A stretch of DNA of 64,000 bases. It comes from Eledone cirrhosa. Taxonomy: Eukaryota. Both the position numbers and the translations under genes were made by a program. Shown piece by piece: positions 50,901 through 62,109 of the stretch. The stretch lies in NCBI GenBank assembly GCA_964016885.1, contig CAXHJY010000096.1:2728001-2792000 (forward strand). Direction: 5' to 3'. The notes beneath the pieces were generated by a model that searched no databases, was not told the DNA's origin, and saw only the letters and a list, made by a program, of their open reading frames with translations. Numbering within the stretch: the first letter of the stretch is position 1; each line of letters opens with the position of its first letter.

Positions 50901-53900
50901 CCAAGGGGAGATAATTTTTTTTAAAAAATCAGGCGGAGATAATTTGTAAAAAAAATCAGGGGGAGATAATTTGTAAACAAAATCAGGGGGAGATAATTTG
51001 TAAAAAAAAATCAGGGGGAGATAATTTGTAAAAAAAATTAGGCGTAGATAATTTGTAAAAAAAAATCAGGGGGAGATAATTTGTAAAAAAAAATCAGGGG
51101 GAGATAATTTGTTTAAAAAATCAAGGGGAGATAATTTGCAGCCGTCCAAGGGGAGATAATTTTCAGCCGTCCAAGGAGAGGTAATTTCTAGCCGTTCAAG
51201 GGGAGATAATTTCCAGCCGTCCAAGGGGAGATAATTTCCAGCCGTCCAAGGGGAGATAATTTTTTTTAAAAATCAGGCGGAGATAATTTGTAAAAAAAAA
51301 TCAGGGGGAGATAATTCGTAAAAAAAAATCAGGGGGAGATAATTTGTAAAAAAAAATCAGGGGGAGATAATTTGTAAAAAAAATCAAGGGGAGATAATTT
51401 CCAGCCGTCCAAGGGGAGGTAATATCTAGCCGTCCAAGGGGAGATAATTTCCAGCCGTCCAAGGGGAGATAATTTCCAGCCGTCCAAGGGGAGATAATTT
51501 CCAGCCGTCCAAGGAGACATATTTTCCAGCCGTCCAAGGCGAGGTAATTTCTAGCCGTCCAAGGGGAGATTAATTCCAGCCTCCAAGGGGAGATAATTTC
51601 CAGCCAGCCAAGGGGAGATAATTTGTAAAAAAATCAGGGGGAGATAATTTGTAAAAAATATCAGGGAGATAATTTGTAAAAAAAAATCAGGGGGAGATAA
51701 TTTGTAAAAAAAATCAGGGGGAGATAATTTGTAAAAAAAAATCAGGGGGAGATAATTTGTAAAAAAAATCAAGGGGAGATAATTTCCAGCCGTCCAAGGG
51801 GAGATAATTTTCAGCCGTCCAAGGAGAGGTAATTTCTAATCCGTCCGAGGAGAGATAATTTCCAGCCGTCCAAGGGGAGATAATTTCCAGCCGTCCAAGG
51901 GGAGATAATTTCCAGCCGTCCAAGGAGACATATTTTCCAGCCGTCCAAGGAGAGGTAATTTCTAGCCGTCCAAGGGGAGATAAATTCCAGCCTCCAAGGG
52001 GAGATAATTTCCAGCCAGCCAAGGGGAGATAATTTGTAAAAAAATCAGGGGGAGATAATTTGCAAAAAAAATCAGGGGGAGATAATTTGTAAAAAAAATC
52101 AGGGGGAGATAATTTGTAAAAAATAATCAGGGGGAGATAATTTCCAGCCGTCCAAGGGAAGATAATTTCCAGCCCTCCAAGGGGCTATAATTTCCAGTGT
52201 CCAAGGGGAGATAATTTCCAGCCAGCGAAGGGGAGATAATTTTTTTTAAAAAATCATTGGGAGATTTGTAAAAAAAATCAGGGGGAGATAATTTGTAAAA
52301 AAAATCAAGGGGAGATAATTTCCAGCCGTCCAAGGGGAGGTAATATCTAGCCGTCCAAGGGTAGATAATTTCCAGCCGTCCAACGGGAGATAATTTCCAG
52401 CCGTCCAAGGGTAGATAATATCCAGCCGCCCAAGGACATATTTTCCAGCCGTCCAAGGAGAGGTAATTTCTAGCCGTCCAAGGGGAGATAATTTCCAGCC
52501 GTCCAAGGGTAGATAATATCCAGCCGTCCAAGGACATATTTTCCAGCCGTCCAAGGAGAGGTAATTTCTAGCCGTCCAAGGGGAGATAAATTCCAGCCTC
52601 CAAGGGGAGATAATTTCCAGCCAGCCAAGGGGAGATAATTTGTAAAAAAATCAGGGGGAGATAATTTGTAAAAAAAATCAGGGGGAGATAATTTGTAAAA
52701 AAAAATCAGGGGGAGATAATTTGTAAAAAAAAATCAGGGTGAGATAATTTGCAAAAAAAATCAGGGGGAGATAATTTGTAAAAAAAAATCAGGGGTAGAT
52801 AATTTGTAAAAAAAAATCAGGGGGAGATAATTTGTAAAAAAAAATCAGGGGGAGATAATTTGTAAAAAAAATCAAGGGGAGATAATTTCCAGCCGTCCAA
52901 GGAGAGATAATTTAAAAAAAAATCAGGCGGAGATAATTTGTAAAAAAAAATCAGGGGGAGATAATTTGTAAAAAAAATCAGGGGGAGATAATTTGTAAAA
53001 AAAAATCAGGGGTAGATAATTTGTAAAAAAAAATCAGGGGGAGATAATTTGTAAAAAAAAATCAGGAGGAGATAATTTGTAAAAAAAATCAAGGGGAGAT
53101 AATTTCCAGCCGTCCAAGGAGAGATAATTTAAAAAAAAATCAGGCGGAGATAATTTGTAAAAAAAAATCAGGGGGAGATAATTTGTAAAAAAAAATCAGG
53201 GGGAGATAATTTGTAAAAAAAATCAAGGGGAGATAATTTCCAGCCGTCCAAGGGGAGATAATTTTCAGCCGTCCAAGGGGAGATAATTTCCAGCCAGCGA
53301 AGGGGAGATAATTTTTTTTAAAAAATCATTGGGAGATTTGTAAAAAAAATCAGGGGGAGATAATTTGTAAAAAAAATCAAGGGGAGATAATTTCCAGCCG
53401 TCCAATGGGAGGTAATATCTAGCCGTCCAAGGGGAGATAATTTCCAGCCGTCCAAGGGGAGATAATTTCCAGCCGTCCCAGGGTAGATAATATCCAGCCG
53501 CCCAAGGACATATTTTCCAGCCGTCCAAGGAGAGGTAATTTCTAGCCGTCCAAGGGGAGATAAATTCCAGCCTCCAAGGGGAGATAATTTCCAGCCAGCC
53601 AAGGGGAGATAATTTGTAAAAAAATCAGGGGGAGATAATTTGTAAAAAAAATCAGGGGGAGATAATTTGTAAAAAAAAATCAGGGGGAGATAATTTGTAA
53701 AAAAAAATCAGGGGGAGATAATTTGCAAAAAAAATCAGGGGGAGATAATTTGTAAAAAAAAATCAGGGGTAGATAATTTGTAAAAAAAATCAGGGGGAGA
53801 TAATTTGTAAAAAAAAATCAGGGGGAGATAATTTGTAAAAAAAATCAAGGGGAGATAATTTCCAGCCGTCCAAGGAGAGATAATTTTAAAAAAAATCAGG

Positions 53901-55800
53901 CGGAGATAATTTGTAAAAAAAAATCAGTGGGAGATAATTTGTAAAAAAAATCAGGGGGAGATAATTTGTAAAAAAAAATCAGGGGTAGATAATTTGTAAA
54001 AAAAAATCAGGGGGAGATAATTTGTAAAAAAAAATCAGGGGGAGATAATTTGTAAAAAAAATCAAGGGGAGATAATTTCCAGCCGTCCAAGGAGAGATAA
54101 TTTTAAAAAAAATCAGGCGGAGATAATTTGTAAAAAAAAATTAGGGGGAGATAATTTGTAAAAAAAAATCAGGGGGAGATAATTTGTAAAAAAAATCAAG
54201 GGGAGATAATTTCCAGCCGTCCAAGGGGAGATAATTTTCAGCCGTCCAAGGGGAGATAATTTCCCGCCAGCCAAGGGAAGATAATATTCAAAAAAATCAG
54301 GCGGAGATAATTTGTAAAAAAAATCAGGGGGAGATAATTTGTAAAAAAATCAGGGGGAGATAATTTGTAAAAAAAAAAATCAGGGGGAGATAATTTGTAA
54401 AAAAAATCAGGGGGAGATAATTTGTAAAAAAAAATCAGGGGTAGATAATTTGTAAAAAAAAATCAGGGGGAGATAATTTGTAAAAAAAAATCAGGGGGAG
54501 ATAATTTGTAAAAAAAATGAAAGGGGAGATAATATCCAGCCGTCCAAGGGGAGATAATTTCCAGCCGTCCAAGGGGAGATAATTTCCAGCCGTCCAAGGG
54601 GAGATAATTTCCATCCTTCCAAGGGGATATAATTTCCAGCCGTCCAAGGGGAGATAATTTCCATCCTTCCAAGGGGATATAATTTCCAGCCGTCCAAGGG
54701 GAGATAATTTTCAGCCGTCCAAGGAGAGGTAATTTCTAGCCGTCCAAGGAGAGATAATTTCCAGCCGTCCAAGGGGAGATAATTTCCAGCCGTCCAAGGG
54801 GAGATAATTTCCAGCCGTCCAAGGAGACATATTTTCCAGCCGTCCAAGGAGAGGTAATTCCTAGCCGTCCAAGGGGAGATAAATTCCAGCCTCCAAGGGG
54901 AGATAATTTCCAGCCAGCCAAGGGGAGATAATTTGTAAAAAAAATCAGGGGGAGATAATTTGTAAAAAAAATCAGGGGGAGATAATTTGTAAAAAAAAAT
55001 CAGGGGGAGATAATTTGTAAAAAATAATCAGGGGGAGATAATTTGTAAAAAAAATCAAGGGGAGATAATTTCCAGCCGTCCAAGGGGAGATAATTTTCAG
55101 CCGTCCAAGGGGAGATAATTTCCCGCCAGCCAAGGGAAGATAATATTTAAAAAAATTAGGCGGAGATAATTTGTAAAAAAAATCAGGGGGAGATAATTTG
55201 TAAAAAAATCAGGGGGAGATAATTTGTAAAAAAAATCAGGGGGAGATAATTTGTAAAAAAAATCAGGGGGAGATAATTTGTAAAAAAAAATCAGGGGGAG
55301 ATAATTTGTAAAAAAAATCAAGGGGAGATAATTTCCAGCCGTCCAAGGGAAGATAATTTCCAGCCCTCCAAGGGGCTATAATTTCCAGCGTCCAAGGGGA
55401 GATAATTTCCAGCCAGCGAAGGGGAGATAATTTTTTTTAAAAAATCATTGGGAGATTTGTAAAAAAAATCAGGGGGAGATAATTTGTAAAAAAAATCAAG
55501 GGGAGATAATTTCCAGCCGTCCAAGGGGAGGTAATATCTAGCCGTCCAAGGGGAGATAATTTCCAGCCGTCCAAGGGGAGATAATTTCCAGCCGTCCAAG
55601 GGTAGATAATATCCAGCCGTCCAAGGACATATTTTCCAGCCGTCCAAGGAGAGGTAATTTCTAGCCGTCCAAGGGGAGATAAATTCCAGCCTCCAAGGTG
55701 AGATAATTTCCAGCCAGCCAAGGGGAGATAATTTGTAAAAAAATCAGGGGGAGATAATTTGTAAAAAAAATCAGGGGGAGATAATTTGTAAAAAAAATCA
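39750..55800 (+). repeat. Higher-order duplication with ~8,485-bp period (~39750-47300 vs ~48210-55800)
   Basis: Offsets 40861->49347 and 41317->49803 (8486), 43642->52127 and 44780->53265 (8485), 45951->54435 and 46834->55318 (8484). Private variants GAGATTAATTCC and CTAATCCGTCCGAGG occur in both copies. Confidence 0.87.
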
Positions 55801-58800
55801 GGGGGAGATAATTTGTAAAAAAAAATCAGGGGGAGATAATTTGTAAAAAAAAATCAGGGGGAGATAATTTGTAAAAAAATCAAGGGGAGATAATTTCCAG
55901 CCGTCCAAGGGGAGATAATTTTCAGCCGTCCAAGGGGAGATAATTTCCCGCCAGCCAAGGGAAGATAATATTTGAAAAAATCAGGCGGAGATAATTTGTA
56001 AAAAAAATCAGGGGGAGATAATTTGTAAAAAAATCAGGGGGAGATAATTTGTAAAAAAAAAATCAGGGGGAGATAATTTGTAAAAAGAATCAGGGGGAGA
56101 TAATTTGTAAAAAAAAATCAGGGGTAGATAAATTGTAAAAAAAAATCAGGGGGAGATAATTTGTAAAAAAAATCAGGGGGAGATAATTTGTAAAAAAAAT
56201 GAAAGGGGAGATAATATCCAGCCGTCCAAGGGGAGATAATTTCCAGCCGTCCAAGGGGAGATAATTTCCAGCCGTCCAAGGGGAGATAATTTCCATCCTT
56301 CCAAGGGGATATAATTTCCAGCCGTCCAAGGGGAGATAATTTCCCGCCAGCCAAGGGAAGATAATTTTTAAAAAAATCAGGCGGAGATTGTAAAAAAAAT
56401 CAGGGGGGAGATAATTTGTAAAAAAATCAGGGGGAGATAATTTGTAAAAAAAAATCAGGGGGAGATAATTTGTAAAAAATATTCAGGGGGAGATAATTTG
56501 TAAAAAAAAATCAAGGGGAGATAATTTCCAGCCGTCCAAGGGGAGATAATTTCCCGCCAGCCAAGGGAAGATAATATTTAAAAAAATTAGGCGGAGATAA
56601 TTTGTAAAAAAAATCAGGGGGAGATAATTTGTAAAAAAATCAGGGGGAGATATTTGTAAAAAAAATCAGGGGGAGATAATTTGTAAAAAAATTCATGGGG
56701 AGATAATTTGTAAAAAAAAATCAGGGGTAGATAATTTGTAAAAAAAAATCAGGGGGAGATAATTTGTAAAAAAAAATCAGGGGGAGATAATTTGTAAAAA
56801 AAATCAAGGGGAGATAATTTTCAGCCGTCCAAGGAGAGGTAATTTCTAGCCGTCCAAGGGGAGATAATTTCCAGCCGTCCAAGGGGAGGTAATTTCCAGC
56901 CGTCCAAGGGGAGATAATTTAAAAAAAAAAATCAGGCGGAGATAATTTGTAAAAAAAATCAAGGGGAGATAATTTGCAGCCGTCCAAGGGGAGATAATTT
57001 TCAGTCGTCCAAGGAGAGGTAATTTCTAGCCGTCCAAGGGGAGATAATTGCCAGCCGTCCAAGGGGAGATAATTTCCAGCCGTCCAAGGGGAGATAATTT
57101 TTTTTAAAAAATCAGGCGGAGATAATTTGTAAAAAAAATCAGGGGGAGATAATTTGTAAACAAAATCAGGGGGAGATAATTTGTAAAAAAAAATCAGGGG
57201 GAGATAATTTGTAAAAAAAATCATGGAGAGATAATTTCCAGCCGTCCAAGGTGAGATAATTTCCAGCCGTCCAAGGAGACATATTTTCCAGCCGTCCAAG
57301 GCGAGGTAATTTCTAGCCGTCCAAGGGGAGATAAATTCCAGCCTCCAAGGGGAGATAATTTCCAGCTAGCCAAGTGGAGATAATTTGTAAAAAAATCAGG
57401 GGGAGATAATTTGTAAAAAATATCAGGGAGATAATTTGTAAAAAAAAATCAGGGGGAGATAATTTGTAAAAAAAATCAGGGGGAGATAATTTGTAAAAAA
57501 AAATCAGGGGGAGATAATTTGTAAAAAAAATCAAGGGGAGATAATTTCCAGCCGTCCAAGGGGAGATAATTTTCAGCCGTCCAAGGGGAGATAATTTCCC
57601 GCCAGCCAAGGGAAGATAATATTTAAAAAAATCAGGCGGAGATAATTTGTAAAAAAAATCAGGGGGAGATAATTTGTAAAAAAATCAGGGGGAGATAATT
57701 TGTAAAAAAAAAATCAGGGGGAGATAATTTGTAAAAAAAATCAGGGGGAGATAATTTGTAAAAAAAAATCAGGGATAGATAATTTGTAAACAAAAATCAG
57801 GGGGAGATAATTTGTAAAAAAAAATCAGGGGGAGATAATTTGTAAAAAAAATGAAAGGGGAGATAATATCCAGCCGTCCAAGGGGAGATAATTTCCAGCC
57901 GTCCAAGGGGATATAATTTCCAGCCGTCCAAGGGGAGATAATTTCCATCCTTCCAAGGGGATATAATTTCCAGCCGTCCAAGGGGAGATAATTTCCCGCC
58001 AGCCAAGGGAAGATAATTTTAAAAAAAATCAGGCGGAGATTGTAAAAAAAATCAGGGGGGAGATAATTTGTAAAAAAATCAGGGGGAGATAATTTGTAAA
58101 AAATAATCAGGGGGAGATAATTTGTAAAAAAATTCAAGGGGAGATAATTTCCAGCCGTCCAAGGGGAGATAATTTCCCGCCAGCCAAGGGAAGATAATAT
58201 TTAAAAAAATTAGGCGGAGATAATTTGTAAAAAAAATCAGGGGGAGATAATTTGTAAAAAAATCAGGGGGAGATAATTTGTAAAAAAAATCAGGGGGAGA
58301 TAATTTGTAAAAAAAATCATGGGGAGATAATTTGTAAAAAAAAATCAGGGGTAGATAATTTGTAAAAAAAAATCAGGGGGAGATAATTTGTAAAAAAAAA
58401 TCAGGGGGAGATAATTTGTAAAAAAAATCAAGGGGAGATAATATCCAGCCGTCCAAGGAGAGATAATTTAAAAAAAAAATGAGGCGGAGATAATTTGTAA
58501 AAAAAAAATCAGGGGGAGTTAATTTGTAAAAAAAAATGAGGGGGAGATAATTTGTAAAAAAAATCAAGGGGAGATAATTTCCAGCCGTCCAAGGGGAGAT
58601 AATTTTCAGCCGTCCAAGGAGAGGTAATTTCTAGCCGTCCAAGGGGAGATAATTTCCAGCCGTCCAAGGGGAGGTAATTTCCAGCCGTCCAAGGGGAGAT
58701 AAATTAAAAAAAAAATCAGGCGGAGATAATTTGTAAAAAAAATCAAGGGGAGATAATTTGCAGCCGTCCAATGGGAGATAATTTTCAGTCGTCCAAGGAG

Positions 58801-61800
58801 AGGTAATTTCTAGCCGTCAAAGGGGAGATAATTTCCAGCCGTCCAAGGGGAGATAATTTCCAGCCGTCCAAGGGGAGATAATTTTTTTTTAAAAATCAGG
58901 CGGAGATAATTTGTAAAAAAAATCAGGGGGAGATAATTTGTAAACAAAATCAGGGGGAGATAATTTGTAAAAAAAAATCAGGGGGAGATAATTTGTAAAA
59001 AAAATTAGGCGTAGATAATTTGTAAAAAAAAATCAGGGGGAGATAATTTGTAAAAAAAAATCAGGGGGAGATAATTTGTTTAAAAAATCAAGGGGAGATA
59101 ATTTGCAGCCGTCCAAGGGGAGACAATTTTCAGCCGTCCAAGGAGAGGTAATTTCTAGCCGTTCAAGGGGAGATAATTTCCAGCCGTCCAAGGGGAGATA
59201 ATTTCCAGCCGTCCAAGGGGAGATAATTTTTTTTTAAAAATCAGGCGGAGATAATTCGTAAAAAAAAATCAGGGGGAGATAATTCGTAAAAAAAAATCAG
59301 GGGGAGATAATTTGTAAAAAAAAATCAGGGGGAGATAATTTGTAAAAAAAATCAAGGGGAGATAATTTCCAGCCGTCCAAGGGAAGATAATTTCCAGCCC
59401 TCCAAGGGGCTATAATTTCCAGCGTCCAAGGGGAGATAATTTCCAGCCAGCGAAGGGGAGATAATTTTTTTAAAAAAATCATTGGGAGATTTGTAAAAAA
59501 AATCAGGGGGAGATAATTTGTAAAAAAATCAAGGGGAGATAATTTCCAGCCGTCCAAGGGGAGGTAATATCTAGCCGTCCAAGGGTAGATAATTTCCAGC
59601 CGTCCAACGGGAGATAATTTCCAGCCGTCCAAGGGTAGATAATATCCAGCCGCCCAAGGACATATTTTCCAGCCGTCCAAGGAGAGGTAATTTCTAGCCG
59701 TCCAAGGGGAGATAATTTCCAGCCGTCCAAGGGTAGATAATATCCAGCCGTCCAAGGACATATTTTCCAGCCGTCCAAGGAGAGGTAATTTCTAGCCGTC
59801 CAAGGGGAGATAAATTCCAGCCTCCAAGGGGAGATAATTTCCAGCCAGCCAAGGGGAGATAATTTGTAAAAAAATCAGGGGGAGATAATTTGTAAAAAAA
59901 ATCAGGGGGAGATAATTTGTAAAAAAAAATCAGGGGGAGATAATTTGTAAAAAAAAATCAGGGGGAGATAATTTGCAAAAAAATCAGGGGGAGATAATTT
60001 GTAAAAAAAAATCAGGGGTAGATAATTTGTAAAAAAAAATCAGGGGGAGATAATTTGTAAAAAAAAATCAGGGGGAGATAATTTGTAAAAAAAATCAAGG
60101 GGAGATAATTTCCAGCCGTCCAAGGAGAGATAATTTAAAAAAAAATCAGGCGGAGATAATTTGTAAAAAAAAATCAGGGGGAGATAATTTGTAAAAAAAA
60201 ATCAGGGGGAGATAATTTGTAAAAAAAAATCAGGGGGAGATAATTTGTAAAAAAAATCAGGAGGAGATAATTTGTAAAAAAAATCAAGGGGAGATAATTT
60301 CCAGCCGTCCAAGGAGAGATAATTTAAAAAAAAATCAGGCGGAGATAATTTGTAAAAAAAAATCAGGGGGAGATAATTTGTAAAAAAAAATCAGGGGGAG
60401 ATAATTTGTAAAAAAAATCAAGGGGAGATAATTTCCAGCCGTCCAAGGGGAGATAATTTTCAGCCGTCCAAGGGGAGATAATTTCCCGCCAGCCAAGGGA
60501 AGATAATATTCAAAAAAATCAGGCGGAGATAATTTGTAAAAAAATCAGGGGGAGATAATTTGTAAAAAAATCAGGGGGAGATAATTTGTAAAAAAAAAAA
60601 TCAGGGGGAGATAATTTTTAAAAAAAATCAGGGGGAGATAATTTGTAAAAAAAAATCAGGGGTAGATAATTTGTAAAAAAAAATCAGGGGGAGATAATTT
60701 GTAAAAAAAAATCAGGGGGAGATAATTTGTAAAAAAAATGAAAGGGGAGATAATATCCAGCCGTCCAAGGGGAGATAATTTCCAGCCGTCCAAGGGGAGA
60801 TAATTTCCAGCCGTCCAAGGGGAGATAATTTCCATCCTTCCAAGGGGATATAATTTCCAGCCGTCCAAGGGGAGATAATTTCCATCCTTCCAAGGGGATA
60901 TAATTTCCAGCCGTCCAAGGGGAGATAATTTTCAGCCGTCCAAGGAGAGGTAATTTCTAGCCGTCCAAGGAGAGATAATTTCCAGCCGTCCAAGGGGAGA
61001 TAATTTCCAGCCGTCCAAGGGGAGATAATTTCCAGCCGTCCAAGGAGACATATTTTCCAGCCGTCCAAGGAGAGGTAATTCCTAGCCGTCCAAGGGGAGA
61101 TAAATTCCAGCCTCCAAGGGGAGATAATTTCCAGCCAGCCAAGGGGAGATAATTTGTAAAAAAAATCAGGGGGAGATAATTTGTAAAAAAAATCAGGGGG
61201 AGATAATTTGTAAAAAAAAATCAGGGGGAGATAATTTGTAAAAAATAATCAGGGGGAGATAATTTGTAAAAAAAATCAAGGGGAGATAATTTCCAGCCGT
61301 CCAAGGGGAGATAATTTTCAGCCGTCCAAGGGGAGATAATTTCCCGCCAGCCAAGGGAAGATAATATTTAAAAAAATTAGGCGGAGATAATTTGTAAAAA
61401 AAATCAGGGGGAGATAATTTGTAAAAAAATCAGGGGGAGATAATTTGTAAAAAAAATCAGGGGGAGATAATTTGTAAAAAAAATCAGGGGGAGATAATTT
61501 GTAAAAAAAAATCAGGGGGAGATAATTTGTAAAAAAAATCAAGGGGAGATAATTTCCAGCCGTCCAAGGGAAGATAATTTCCAGCCCTCCAAGGGGCTAT
61601 AATTTCCAGCGTCCAAGGGGAGATAATTTCCAGCCAGCGAAGGGGAGATAATTTTTTTTTAAAAATCATTGGGAGATTTGTAAAAAAAATCAGGGGGAGA
61701 TAATTTGTAAAAAAAATCAAGGGGAGATAATTTCCAGCCGTCCAAGGGGAGGTAATATCTAGCCGTCCAAGGGGAGATAATTTCCAGCCGTCCAAGGGGA

Positions 61801-62109
61801 GATAATTTCCAGCCGTCCAAGGGTAGATAATATCCAGCCGTCCAAGGACATATTTTCCAGCCGTCCAAGGAGAGGTAATTTCTAGCCGTCCAAGGGGAGA
61901 TAAATTCCAGCCTCCAAGGTGAGATAATTTCCAGCCAGCCAAGGGGAGATAATTTGTAAAAAAATCAGGGGGAGATAATTTGTAAAAAAAATCAGGGGGA
62001 GATAATTTGTAAAAAAAAATCAGGGGGAGATAATTTGTAAAAAAAATCAGGGGGAGATAATTTGTAAAAAAAAATCAGGGGGAGATAATTTGTAAAAAAA
62101 ATCAGGGGG

